The notes: generated by a model not told the origin, from the sequence alone. A stretch of 64,000 bases of DNA from Candidatus Latescibacterota bacterium (GCA_965248265.1 CBDFJF010000002.1:1184001-1248000), one strand, 5' to 3'; positions 18,620 through 28,701 are shown, counted from the stretch's first letter. Made by a program: numbers and translations.

Positions 18620-20905
18620 GTGAGACTCTGGATAAAGCAATCGCTGTTGATATCCGTGTTCATCTTCTCTACGGCGACGTTGCTGGGCTGGTTGTTCCTC
18701 AGGTACGAGGTGGACATCATCGAAAACGCCCTGCGCGAAAAAGGAAAATCCCTGGCTGATAGCTTCTCGCGCAGCAGCGAATTTGGCATCGCCTTTCGCC
18801 ACACCGACCAGCTCGAAAAGCTCGCCTCCGGGCTCACCAAAGAGAGAGACGTCGTCTACGCACTGGTACTCGACGACGAGGGCAAGCTGCTGTCGGGGGC
18901 GTACAATGACGTTCTGTCGGTTGATGGGCGAAACGAGATCGAGTCCTTCGACCGCAGTGTCCCGACACTGACCATCACCCGTTTCACGCTCGGCCAGACA
19001 GAGGAAGAGATTCTCGACATCGCGGCCCCCGTGCACATGCAGAAGTTCGCACAGCGCAAAGCGGAGCTCGATCCTCTGGCCGGCGGTGAAGATGCCGTCC
19101 TCCGCGAAGACCAGCAGATCGGCCAGATCGCGATCGGATTTTCGCTAACCTTGATGCACGAGGCCATCGCCGCAGCAACAAGGCGAGTCATCTTGCTCAC
19201 GGCGCTGATCACAGCTCTGGCGATCGCCCTGTCGATCGCCCTGTCGGCCTTGATCACGCGACCGATCGGTGACCTGGTTCGCGGCACGCAGGTAGTATCC
19301 ACGGGCAACTTCGACTACGTCATCCCTGCCGCAAGCAACGACGAGATCGGTGAGCTGGCGGAGTCTTTCAACGACATGACTGCGAACTTGAAGGAAACGA
19401 CTGTCTCTCGCGACTACGTCGACAACATCCTCCGTTCCATGAATGAGAGCTTGATCGTCGTCTCCCATCAAGAACAGATGATACAAACCGTAAACCCGGC
19501 CACTTGCTCCCTGCTGGGGTACGCTCAGCAGGAGCTCGTAGGCCAGTCGCTCGAACGCATAATCCCCAACGTCGGGCAGATCGACGTTCCGGGGTATGCA
19601 GAGGCTTCGGAAACGGGAGTCGGGCCCACCGAGAGCGTTTACCTGAGCAAGGCCAGCGAAGAGATACCGGTGTTGCTCTCCACTGCCGCCCTGCGGGGGC
19701 GCGACGGAGAGATCCTGGGGATCGTGTGTCTGGCACAGGACATCAGAGAGCGCAAGTTTCTGGAGGAGCAGCTGCTGGGCGCTCAGAAGATGGAAGCCAT
19801 CGGCCAGCTCACCGCCGGTGTTGCCCACAACTTCAACAACATGCTGCAAGGAATCTCAGGCTGCTTGGAAGTTGCTTTGCTCGATGGAGACGCGAAGACT
19901 GAAACGCCGCTGAAACGCGCGCAGGAAGCGTCCATGCGCGCTGCTGAGATGATCCAGCAATTGCTGCTGTTCTCACGCCGCGAAATCGTGAGCACTGCCG
20001 AGCCAATTGAGATTCCGCCGCTGCTCTCCGAGACCGCGGAAATGTGTCGAAGGACGTTCGACCGGAGAATCGAGATCGATCTCGTGCCCCTGTCGCGTGA
20101 AGTCCCGAAGGTCCTGGGAGACGGCGCCAAACTCGAACAGGTCTTCCTCAATCTGTTGATCAATGCAAGAGATGCCGTGGCCGGCAATCCCGGCCGCGCT
20201 TCGATCGACATCGCCGTCGATTCGTTGGACATATCGCGCGATGCGTCTCCACCGGGTATCGCTTCGGGGTGTTTTGTCCGAGTCAGCATCGCCGACAATG
20301 GCGTCGGCATGGACTCGGAGACGAAGCCGCGTGTGTTCGAACCCTTCTTCACCACGAAAGAGGTCGGTAGGGGCACGGGTCTGGGGTTGACGACTGCTTT
20401 CGCCATAGTGCAGCAGCTGGGAGGATGGATCGAGTTCGACAGCGAGCCTCAGGCGGGGACCAATTTCCGTGTACTCCTGCCGCAGGTCGAAGCGGACACA
20501 AAAGACGTAAGCTCGGCGGCACCATCACCACCGCGATCCGGGCTCGCGACCGGAACTGTTCTGGTCGTAGAGGACGAAGACGTCGTCAGGGAAATCACGG
20601 TGGAGATTCTCGAACGCAGTGGTCACGAGGTGCTCGCCGCTGCCGACGGCGTCGAGGGGCTACGCCTGTTCGAGACCGAGGGGGGCCGCATCGACGTGGT
20701 GCTTCTCGACCTGTCCATGCCGCACATGTCTGGAACCGAAGTGATTGAACGGCTGCAATCCTCACCGAAGCCGCCGCAAATCGTCGTTTTCACCGGCTAC
20801 GGATTCGACCAGGATCTGGCGGAACAGGTTTACGATGTGGTTCAGAAGCCCTTGAGGAAGGACGATCTGCTCAGGAAAGTGGGCAACGCCCTGAGTGCCA
20901 CCTGA
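18620..20905 (+). CDS. Hybrid sensor histidine kinase (TM-HAMP-PAS-HisKA-HATPase-REC)
   Basis: DEIGELAESFN HAMP; GVAHNFNN H-box; NARDA, DNGVGM, FEPFFTTK, GTGLGL; receiver VEDE...LLDLSMP...KP. Confidence 0.95.
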   Translation: MRLWIKQSLLISVFIFSTATLLGWLFLRYEVDIIENALREKGKSLADSFSRSSEFGIAFRHTDQLEKLASGLTKERDVVYALVLDDEGKLLSGAYNDVLSVDGRNEIESFDRSVPTLTITRFTLGQTEEEILDIAAPVHMQKFAQRKAELDPLAGGEDAVLREDQQIGQIAIGFSLTLMHEAIAAATRRVILLTALITALAIALSIALSALITRPIGDLVRGTQVVSTGNFDYVIPAASNDEIGELAESFNDMTANLKETTVSRDYVDNILRSMNESLIVVSHQEQMIQTVNPATCSLLGYAQQELVGQSLERIIPNVGQIDVPGYAEASETGVGPTESVYLSKASEEIPVLLSTAALRGRDGEILGIVCLAQDIRERKFLEEQLLGAQKMEAIGQLTAGVAHNFNNMLQGISGCLEVALLDGDAKTETPLKRAQEASMRAAEMIQQLLLFSRREIVSTAEPIEIPPLLSETAEMCRRTFDRRIEIDLVPLSREVPKVLGDGAKLEQVFLNLLINARDAVAGNPGRASIDIAVDSLDISRDASPPGIASGCFVRVSIADNGVGMDSETKPRVFEPFFTTKEVGRGTGLGLTTAFAIVQQLGGWIEFDSEPQAGTNFRVLLPQVEADTKDVSSAAPSPPRSGLATGTVLVVEDEDVVREITVEILERSGHEVLAAADGVEGLRLFETEGGRIDVVLLDLSMPHMSGTEVIERLQSSPKPPQIVVFTGYGFDQDLAEQVYDVVQKPLRKDDLLRKVGNALSAT

Positions 20906-20972
20906 GAGTCCTACGGCTCGTCCTCCACCAATCGCACAGCTGTCATGTACCGAAGCAACGGAGCAATGTGTC

Positions 20973-22508
20973 ATGATCGTCCAAAACGGCGGACCCCACA
21001 CCAGCCTCGAAGAGGCAGCTCTCTTCCCATTTGACGATCACAGCGTTCCATTTAGCTACCGTCTTCAGTGCGGCCTGGTGCCGGCGGCCAGTCCCTATGA
21101 GGGCCACATAAAGGTTATGGGAAATGGCCAGCAGGGAGCTCCGGACAGCGAAAACATCAAATACTATGGAAGCGTCATCCGCATCGAAGACGAGTTCAGG
21201 ATGTGGTACATCGGCGTGGACGATCTGCCGCCGGACAAGGCTCTGGACGGGGCGATTCTGCAGGGAACGGGCCCCGGGGCGGGAAGTGGTCGAGTCTGCT
21301 ACGCGGTGAGCCGGGATGGCATCCACTGGGAGCGACCAGCGCTCGGCCTGGTAGAGTACGGCGGCAACGCGCAGAACAACCTCGTGGACCTGGACAAGAG
21401 GGGGTTGACGATCTGCCTGGTCCTGCACGATCCCGAAGAGCCCGATCCTGCAAGGCGATACAAGATGATCTATGAGATCAACCCATTCGATATCGGCGCC
21501 GCCTTCAGCCCGGACGGTCTGTGCTGGGTAGACTCTCCCCACAATCCTGTTTTGAAACACAACGCTCTTGAGCCCGGGGGGCTGGCCCGGTTCAACGGGT
21601 GCTATTACCTCAACGGACAGGGCGCCGACCACCACCTGCGGCTGCAGAAGCGAAGGCTCATCACCTATGTGTCGTATGACTTCGACCATTGGGTTGAGGC
21701 GGCAGCACCCGGCTTCAAGCGGGATGACCCTCCCCGCGAGCAAGTCGCGGGAGTGCACAGAGGTGAACAGGTCCACGAAGGGGTGAACCTGTGGAACAGG
21801 GGCAACGTCATCCTCGGTCTGTACGACCAGTGGCACGGCACGTCCACGGATGCGCTGGGCACCATAAACGAGGGGTTCATCGCGATGGATCTGGGATTCG
21901 TCGTCAGCAATGACGCCATCCACTTTCGAGAGCCGCTTCCCGATTACCCGATGATTCCCTCTGACGGCATCTGGACAGCCTCCGCATCGCAGCCACTTCA
22001 CGTGGCGCCATCTCTGACGAAGGGCCAAGGGTGGGTCAATCACGAGGATGTGACTCTGACCTGGTATGCCCACTTTTGGGGAGGGGTTGTCTGCGTGGCC
22101 CGGTGGCCGCGCGATCGCCTCGGTTATTTCGAAGTGGTCCCGCGCCTCGATCCAGGCACATTGATACCGAGCCTGCAGACAAAACTGGACCCACACTTCA
22201 CGTCATGTGCGATCCAACTGGAGCAAGCGGATACTCAAGTCTACGTGAATGCCGACGGTCTCTGTGAGGGCAGCTCGATCAAGGTCGAGATTCTGGACGA
22301 GCAATTCACGCCCTTGCCGGCCTATTCGGGGGACGATTGCATTCCGCTTTCAGAATCGGGTCTGCGGCAGCCCGTCGCCTGGCGCGGCAGGAGTACGCTC
22401 AAGAAATGGGACCACCCCATCCGTGTGAATGTGAGCTGGGAGGGCTCGAGGCCTGAGGACGCCTTTGTATACACAGTCTATCTGGTCGAAGGAGAGGACA
22501 CACGGTAG
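20973..22508 (+). CDS. Uncharacterised GH32/43-like beta-propeller plus beta-sandwich protein
   Basis: YAVSRDGIHWERPALGLVEYGGN..NN, FSPDGL.W, RDRLG, VEILDE; GGAG upstream of MIVQ. Confidence 0.7.
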   Translation: MIVQNGGPHTSLEEAALFPFDDHSVPFSYRLQCGLVPAASPYEGHIKVMGNGQQGAPDSENIKYYGSVIRIEDEFRMWYIGVDDLPPDKALDGAILQGTGPGAGSGRVCYAVSRDGIHWERPALGLVEYGGNAQNNLVDLDKRGLTICLVLHDPEEPDPARRYKMIYEINPFDIGAAFSPDGLCWVDSPHNPVLKHNALEPGGLARFNGCYYLNGQGADHHLRLQKRRLITYVSYDFDHWVEAAAPGFKRDDPPREQVAGVHRGEQVHEGVNLWNRGNVILGLYDQWHGTSTDALGTINEGFIAMDLGFVVSNDAIHFREPLPDYPMIPSDGIWTASASQPLHVAPSLTKGQGWVNHEDVTLTWYAHFWGGVVCVARWPRDRLGYFEVVPRLDPGTLIPSLQTKLDPHFTSCAIQLEQADTQVYVNADGLCEGSSIKVEILDEQFTPLPAYSGDDCIPLSESGLRQPVAWRGRSTLKKWDHPIRVNVSWEGSRPEDAFVYTVYLVEGEDTR

Positions 22509-22545
22509 GAGGATTCGATAAATACTACCGGAATGATTGGCCGGG

Positions 22546-23598
22546 CTACGCCTTCAGAACCTCGCCCACGATTGCCGCCGCCGCGTCGATATCGTCGTCG
22601 CCGAGGCCATGGTGGGTTATGAACTTGACGGATCCAGCGTCGAGTACGCTTACCCCAACTCCTTTACCTAGCACGCGCTCCGTGAATTCGGCTGGGGTCA
22701 TACAATTGATCTCCACACGCACGATGTTGGTTTGGACCGTCTCCATATCCACGCTGATACCTTCCATGGCAGACAGCAGCTCGGCCAGGCGCCTGGCGCG
22801 GGCGTGATCTTCCGCCAGCCTCGGTATCATCGTTTCCAGGGCGACGATGGCGGCGGCGGCGGACATGCCCTCTTTGTGAATGGAGTGCGAGCCGAGCATG
22901 CGGTGGTTGTCCCGCGCTCCCTCGATGAGGGATGCGGAGCCGCACAACAGAGATCCGTAGGGCGCCCCGATCCCCTTGTTCAGGCTCAGACTCAGCGCAT
23001 CGACGGGTGCCGCCAGCTCACTCAGCGAAAGACCGAGCGCTACGGCGGCGTTGAAGAAGCGAGCCCCATCCACGAACAGGGCCGCATCGTGGCTGTGAGC
23101 CACCTGCGAGACCTGGGTGAGGTAATCCAGGGACAGGGCGATGCCGCCCGCCACGTTGTGGGTGTTTTCGAGACAGACTAGAGGCGTGCAGGGGCGAAAC
23201 CCGTAGGGGCAATCGCTGAAGGCGGCCTCGATGTCGGCGATGGCCATTTCGCCGAACTTGTTGCCGCGGATGAGCCGGGGTGCCGCAGCGGCATGGGCGG
23301 CGATATTGCGTTCCTCCACCCACCACAGATGGCACCGCTCCTCCATGATGGCCACGTCACCGCGGCTGCAAAACCCCATCATGGCGAGCAGGTTGGCCAC
23401 ATTCGTCGTCGGGCACAGAAGGGCCGCTTCTTTCCCCGTCAGCTCCGCCCCCATCTTCTGCAACTGGGTCACGTACGGGTCCTCGTCCCATGATGGCCAG
23501 CCGATGTCGGCGGAACGCATCGCCTCCCACATCGCGTCGGTGGGCTTCAGCAGGAATTCACCCCGCGTGTCAATCTCCGGCTTTCTGCGGTCCGGCAT
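22546..23598 (-). CDS. Low-specificity L-threonine aldolase-like PLP enzyme (divergent)
   Basis: EDPYV..L, GKEAAL, CLENTHN..GG, DGARFFNAA, LNKGIGAP.GS, RLAEDHARA. Confidence 0.85.
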   Translation of the reverse strand: MPDRRKPEIDTRGEFLLKPTDAMWEAMRSADIGWPSWDEDPYVTQLQKMGAELTGKEAALLCPTTNVANLLAMMGFCSRGDVAIMEERCHLWWVEERNIAAHAAAAPRLIRGNKFGEMAIADIEAAFSDCPYGFRPCTPLVCLENTHNVAGGIALSLDYLTQVSQVAHSHDAALFVDGARFFNAAVALGLSLSELAAPVDALSLSLNKGIGAPYGSLLCGSASLIEGARDNHRMLGSHSIHKEGMSAAAAIVALETMIPRLAEDHARARRLAELLSAMEGISVDMETVQTNIVRVEINCMTPAEFTERVLGKGVGVSVLDAGSVKFITHHGLGDDDIDAAAAIVGEVLKA

Positions 23599-23615
23599 GA
23601 GCCTCTCCCGTTGGT

Positions 23616-24965
23616 CTAGCCTATGCTGCCCGAGTTGATGTCCTGCAGGGCAGTTTCAATCCGATTCAGCGCTTCGTCGATGTCCTCAGGCGTGTGGGCG
23701 GCCGAAAAACCGTGATGACCGGTAACCAGCTTGCCGTAGCCGTGGAAGTAAACACCCCTTTTGGCGCAGGCTCGATTGAACCGGTCTGCCATGTCGGCAT
23801 CCTCATCGAAGGTCTGCTCGAAGCGATCCACCGGCTTGGTGAGCCCGAAATGAATTCCGAAGCGCGCCCCCAACCCCTGAACATACGCGGTGATCCCCGC
23901 GCGCTGAAAGAGCTCCGTCAAACCACCGTACAGAGTGTCGGCGGTGGCGTATATGTGATTATAAAATCCGGGCTTCGTGATCTCCTCTATCGAGGCCAGC
24001 GCCGCCATGACGGCGAGGGTGTTGCCGGAGAACGTGCCGCTGTGGGCAACCTCCCCGGTGGGACTGACCTGATCCATGACGTCAGCCTTGCCGGCGATGA
24101 CGACGATGGGGGCGCCGTTGGCGACGGCCTTGCCGATCACGCAGACATCGGGAGCGACTCCGTAGTATCCCTGGCCACAATCCGGTCCTGTCCTGAAGGC
24201 CGACAGAACCTCATCGTAGATGAGGACGATGTTGTTGGCCGTGGCCACATCCCGAACCAGCTGCATGTACTCCGGAGTGGCGACGATACAGCCCTGGTTG
24301 TAGTTGATGGGCTCCATGATGATGCCGGCGATCTCGTGGCCGTGTTCACGCACCGCCCGTTCCAGTGCCTCCTCGTCTTTCCAGGGGATCACCAACACCA
24401 GATCGTCCAGCTCGGCCGGCATCCCTGACGACTCACTGCAGACCTCCACATAACTGCCCGGCTGGACAGGGTGTAGTGGACTGTGGGCATTGTACATGAC
24501 GTAGTCGTGCATGCCGTGAAAGTGCCCCCAGAACTTGAGCAGCTTCTTCTTGCCGGTGAACGCTCTGGCCAGCCGCAAGGCGACCTGGGTTCCTTCCGAA
24601 CCGGTGTTGCCAAGGCGCACGCGTTCGGCGCAGGGAATGATTTCGGTGATTTTTCTGGCCAGCCGGGTGTGTGCATCGATTTCGTAGCCGGCCAGGATGC
24701 CTGTGTCCAGCGCCGACAGGATGGCCTGGTGTGTGGCCGGGTGATTATGGCCCAGGAAGGTGGCCCCATGGGACAGATTGAAGTCGATGTACTCGGTGCC
24801 ATCCACCTCGAAGAGCCGACAGCCATCAGCTGAGCGCAGATAGAGCGCCCGTCCGATGGATGGATTGAACCGGGCCGAGGCGCACACGCCAGCGGGCATG
24901 TACTGTTCCGCTTCGCGTTGAAGCTCGCTCAGCCCTGACGTCTTCACGGGGTCTTTGGTGCTCAT
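23616..24965 (-). CDS. Class III aminotransferase, glutamate-1-semialdehyde aminomutase-like
   Basis: DGTEYID, NTGSE, HFHGMHD, IMEP, YDEVLSAFR, IGK (PLP Lys), HSGTFSGN. Confidence 0.9.
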   Translation of the reverse strand: MSTKDPVKTSGLSELQREAEQYMPAGVCASARFNPSIGRALYLRSADGCRLFEVDGTEYIDFNLSHGATFLGHNHPATHQAILSALDTGILAGYEIDAHTRLARKITEIIPCAERVRLGNTGSEGTQVALRLARAFTGKKKLLKFWGHFHGMHDYVMYNAHSPLHPVQPGSYVEVCSESSGMPAELDDLVLVIPWKDEEALERAVREHGHEIAGIIMEPINYNQGCIVATPEYMQLVRDVATANNIVLIYDEVLSAFRTGPDCGQGYYGVAPDVCVIGKAVANGAPIVVIAGKADVMDQVSPTGEVAHSGTFSGNTLAVMAALASIEEITKPGFYNHIYATADTLYGGLTELFQRAGITAYVQGLGARFGIHFGLTKPVDRFEQTFDEDADMADRFNRACAKRGVYFHGYGKLVTGHHGFSAAHTPEDIDEALNRIETALQDINSGSIG

Positions 24966-25807
24966 GGCTTTGTCGCCGGAAGGTCGTCCAGGATTGCCAT
25001 GGTCTCATCCAATGAGATCTGGTCGCGCCCCTCGGTTTGTTTCAGGTATTCCCGGGACAGGTTATTGAGATTGCCGTAGAAACCGCGTGTCTCCTCGTCC
25101 GGATGGTCCCGCCACAGAGAGGGGGGTATGTAGGTGTGATCGCTGTGGTAGTCCCGGTGCCGGTGGCCGTAGTAGACGCCGACGGTTTTCCGTTCAGCCT
25201 GGGTTGGGCGGATGCAGACCGTGTGCAGGTGTGAGATATTGAACAGCACCGCTGTTCCCGCAGGGCCCTGAAGGTCGTGGATTCCGCACTGCTCCACCTG
25301 GGCTTCCTTGTTTATGATTTCATCATCGATCGATTGTGGCGAGATGGCGAAGCTGTGGGTTGCATCGCTGACGTCGGACAGATAGAGTTGCTGTCTCATG
25401 TAGCCGATGCGCAGCGGATGTTCCCGCCACATCAGACTATGCCCTCCGTCACGATGCCAGCGGCGGCCGACGGGTCCATCCCACGTCGTCATCGCGGGAA
25501 CCGGCTCCTCACCGTCATACGGCCCCATGTTGTTGAGACAGATCTGCCCGAAACTGGGATCATCGCCCATCAGCGCCCGCAGCGGCTCCATGATCTTGGG
25601 GTGCCGGATAATTTCATCGAACTCCGGCGCCGTCATCAGCGACTGGCAGTATTGGGTCTGCCAGATGCCGTTGTTCGTCCAGAAGCGGGCCAGGTCTCTC
25701 CGTTCGCGTTCGAAAATTTCGAGATAACGTCCTACCTCGTCAGGGGTCAAGACCTGGATAATGAGGTAGCCGTTCTGCTTGAAGAAATCGAGATCTTCCT
25801 GTTTCAT
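24962..25807 (-). CDS. PhyH-like dioxygenase
   Basis: FFKQNGYL, RWHRD, GPAGTAVLFN..LH; close paralog of 9920; stop overlaps the aminotransferase start (ATGA). Confidence 0.88.
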   Translation of the reverse strand: MKQEDLDFFKQNGYLIIQVLTPDEVGRYLEIFERERRDLARFWTNNGIWQTQYCQSLMTAPEFDEIIRHPKIMEPLRALMGDDPSFGQICLNNMGPYDGEEPVPAMTTWDGPVGRRWHRDGGHSLMWREHPLRIGYMRQQLYLSDVSDATHSFAISPQSIDDEIINKEAQVEQCGIHDLQGPAGTAVLFNISHLHTVCIRPTQAERKTVGVYYGHRHRDYHSDHTYIPPSLWRDHPDEETRGFYGNLNNLSREYLKQTEGRDQISLDETMAILDDLPATKP

Positions 25808-25941
25808 CGGGAGTGCCTTTGGTTCGGTGTCGGGCCGGGTCAGGATTTCAACGACAAGCCACACTATATTGCGGACTCGCCGTCGAAGCAATGCATCCAG
25901 AATCTCACCCGGAATCTCACTCCTAGTGGAGTACCTGAATC

Positions 25942-27174
25942 ATGAAGATCGAGCACATAGAACAGATACCGATAGCCATGCCCTTTGCGCGGCGCTACGA
26001 CAACCACGCCGGCCGCATGCGCATGTACGACATGGACCAGCATCTCGTCATCAAGGTCCACGCAGACAATGGCCTGGTCGGGTACGGAGACTACGAAGAC
26101 TACCCCGATCCGCTGCCTCAGGATTTCATCGATTCGCTGATCGGCAGAGACCCCTTCGACTTTCTGCACAACAATTTCAACATGGCCCTGGGGATGGCGC
26201 TCTACGACCTGATGGGCAAGCATCTGGAAGTCCCGGCATACAAATTGATGGGTCAGAAAGTGCGAGACTCCGTACCGTACGGTGCCTGGACGCGGCCATG
26301 TCCGCCGGATGTTTTCGCCGAGGAAGTGCAGCGCGCCGTTGAGCACGGTTATCGCGTTTTCAAGATGCACTCCGATTCCCGCTACGACGTAATCGAGCAG
26401 ACCCTGGCTGCTGAGAAGGTGGCGCCGCCGGGTTTCAAGCTGCACTGGGACCTCAACCACAACCGCACCATGGGAACGATTCTGCCCCTGATCGTTGAAC
26501 TCGAGAAATTTCCGCTCGTCGGTTTCTTCGAGGATCCCCTGATCTGGCACGACATCGATGGCTGGCGAACTCTAAGAGAGAAGACCAGAGTGCCGTTGAT
26601 CATGCACATGCCGCAGCTGGGCGGTCTGCAGGAAGTCATTCACGGCGTCGCCGACATCTACATGATCGGCGGTAAAATTGGTGAGACGCTGATGTCGGGC
26701 TTTGCCTACGGCAAGGCCAACATCCAATGCCTGATCCAGCAGTCGGGCAATACCCTGATGCAGGCCATGACCTTGCACCAGGCTGCCGTGCTGCCGACCG
26801 CCTCAGCACACTCGATGACCTGTACGGATCAATACGAGGGCGATATCACGACCGAGACCTTACCGGTGATCGAAGGGTCCGTGCCGGTGCCGGAAGGACC
26901 GGGGCTGGGCGTAGAAGTCGACGAACAGAAGTTGGCAGAGGCCGCGGAGCGTGCTCATCTGCCACTACCCGAATTCATCGGCATCCTGCACATGCCCGGC
27001 GGGCACAAGGCGTACAGCCTAGGCCAGCCGCATGTCGATCGACTGACAGGGACCGAGGAGGGGCGCATCGTGGGTCTCAACTTCGAGCATTGGGAAAATG
27101 ACGGATCCGAAGAGTTCGCACGCGTGTTGAAGCGTTTGCAGGATGAGGGATCATTCGTCGAAGGAAGCCGTTGA
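25942..27174 (+). CDS. Mandelate racemase/muconate lactonising enzyme family
   Basis: NGLVGYG, MALYDLMGK..VPAYKLMG, WDLN, FEDP, PEGPGLGVEVD. Confidence 0.88.
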   Translation: MKIEHIEQIPIAMPFARRYDNHAGRMRMYDMDQHLVIKVHADNGLVGYGDYEDYPDPLPQDFIDSLIGRDPFDFLHNNFNMALGMALYDLMGKHLEVPAYKLMGQKVRDSVPYGAWTRPCPPDVFAEEVQRAVEHGYRVFKMHSDSRYDVIEQTLAAEKVAPPGFKLHWDLNHNRTMGTILPLIVELEKFPLVGFFEDPLIWHDIDGWRTLREKTRVPLIMHMPQLGGLQEVIHGVADIYMIGGKIGETLMSGFAYGKANIQCLIQQSGNTLMQAMTLHQAAVLPTASAHSMTCTDQYEGDITTETLPVIEGSVPVPEGPGLGVEVDEQKLAEAAERAHLPLPEFIGILHMPGGHKAYSLGQPHVDRLTGTEEGRIVGLNFEHWENDGSEEFARVLKRLQDEGSFVEGSR

Positions 27175-27419
27175 TGATAAAGCTGTAACCCGTGCCGTGC
27201 AGAAACAAGGCCGCTAAGAACCAGGGCCACGCCAGGTGCGCGGAGGCGTACCTGGCCGTCGCGCCGGTGGCCGTGAGCGTGCCGAGGTAGCCGAGGGTTT
27301 GCAGCATACCCAAGGCGTCGCTCTCACGGTTCAGCTCGGCGAGGACCTGGCGGTCGAGGCGCGTGCGGTACCAAGCGATCTTCCGCCGCGAGTTCAGGGT
27401 CCTGCTGCTGAGGTGACAA
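27164..27419 (-). pseudogene. 5' stub of a membrane fatty-acid-desaturase-like gene
   Basis: Manual translation KIAWYRTRLDRQVLAELNRESDALGMLQTLGYLG...LFLHGTGYSFIINGF; breaks off where the first His box is expected and collides with the end of the convergent gene. Confidence 0.65.
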
Positions 27420-27436
27420 TCGGGGTCCTTTGGCCG

Positions 27437-28264
27437 TCAGGACCAGACGAAGATCTCGTCGTCGTCGGGGGAGGTCGCGAAGAAGCTGGCCAATACCGCA
27501 CGCGGACTGTCGCCAACCACGTGCGGCACCTCGTGGACATTCTCCGAAGAGAAGAAGTACAAATCCCCCGGTTCAAGGTGCACCTGAACACGCTCGATCC
27601 CGTTCTCGGCGACGTGCTCCCGGAAGGCCTCGGTCACCAGGATGGGCTGCAGCTCGGGTGTCCCCTGGCAGTTGTAGAGAAAAGGCTCGCCCGTGTCGCC
27701 GGCCGTGGCCGAGTTTTGGAAACAGAGCACCCCAGCGAACTGCTGCTTGAAACGGGAAACGTCCCAGTCGAAGGCCTTCGAGCGCCTGACCACCGAGTCG
27801 TAGTGGGGGCCGTGACCGAGCTCCTCGTGGTAGATGCGGAAGATGGCAGGACCGTACTGCCGGCCATCCGGCTCGTGCGCCGTCATCACTTTTTTGTTCG
27901 GTGCCAACCGCGCCAGCGCATCGTACATCGTGCGGACTGGATTGCGGTAGCCATCGAAGAGCGTCGAGAACAGCTCGTGGGTCTGTTGCGCGTGGGCGAA
28001 GAACGCTTCACGATCGACGCGGTGGGAACCGAAGCTGGTACCGATGTCGACCCGGGTCTTGCCAGCCGCCGACTCGTCCGGTGAGTGGAGCAGGCCTCGC
28101 TCGCGGAAGCGCTCCATCAGGGCACGACAGTGGTCGGACGGGTAGATGCCGCGCAGGACGAAGGCGGGCACCTCGCGCTGGGCAAGCGCCTCAAGGGGTT
28201 GCGGGTAGCGCTCGAGGATCTCTTCGGGCGTGCCCTCTACGGGAGTCCAGGCAGTCGTCATCAT
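27437..28264 (-). CDS. Fe(II)/2OG dioxygenase (PhyH-like)
   Basis: PAIFRIY, GPHYD, LEPGDLYFF..ENVHEV, PRAVLA; start codon overlaps the end of the repeat element. Confidence 0.82.
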   Translation of the reverse strand: MMTTAWTPVEGTPEEILERYPQPLEALAQREVPAFVLRGIYPSDHCRALMERFRERGLLHSPDESAAGKTRVDIGTSFGSHRVDREAFFAHAQQTHELFSTLFDGYRNPVRTMYDALARLAPNKKVMTAHEPDGRQYGPAIFRIYHEELGHGPHYDSVVRRSKAFDWDVSRFKQQFAGVLCFQNSATAGDTGEPFLYNCQGTPELQPILVTEAFREHVAENGIERVQVHLEPGDLYFFSSENVHEVPHVVGDSPRAVLASFFATSPDDDEIFVWS

Positions 28265-28558
28265 GATGTAAAGAACGATAAGGGCCCGTTATAGGGAGTC
28301 AAGATCGCTTGCGGCTTGGTGTCGAATGAAAACTTGAGGTTTTTTGAGGGGTGGCGATGTGCGTTTTCGCTTAGCTCGTCGGGCATGATGGTCTTGGATT
28401 CAGGGCTGAGGATGGTTTTTTTGGCGTTTTTGCTGATCCGCAAGGTCGATTCAGGCCCATCGGTCCCGTCGGATCAGGCGGTACCCGCTCGAATCAGGCT
28501 GCGTATTCGAGCTCAGATTGCTGAGAAAGCCGTGCCGGTGCGATGGGTGGTGGCCGAG
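28261..28558 (-). repeat. Non-coding dispersed element, copy 1 (~300 bp)
   Basis: Near-identical to 33277-33573; begins (+ strand) TCATGATGTAAAGAACGATAAGGGCCCGTTATAGGGAGTCAAG. Confidence 0.95.
28275..28302 (-). promoter_or_regulatory. Putative sigma70-like promoter within the element (TTGACT-N16-TATCGT), pointing into the adjacent gene
   Basis: Minus strand reads TTGACT ccctataacgggccct TATCGT; both hexamers and the spacing are kept in copies 2 and 3. Confidence 0.45.
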
Positions 28559-28701
28559 TTTGCCGGACATATCCATATTTTCATCTCTAAGATGAGGAGG
28601 AAAGCAACTGGTGACGAGTGAACCTGTTGTCGATACTATCCCTGACGGCCAGATGACGTGGAGATGTGAGGCAATCGAAATGAGGCTCGAAGTAGAGCAC
28701 A

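Noticed and set aside
23616-24965. Calling this gene hemL
   Set aside because: No tetrapyrrole genes nearby and the N-terminal motif (GVCASAR) deviates from GVNSPVR; left as family-level call.
28316-28621. ORFs inside the repeat element (also 33436-33648) as a small transposase
   Set aside because: Frame is broken by indels between copies and shows no DDE/HUH motifs.
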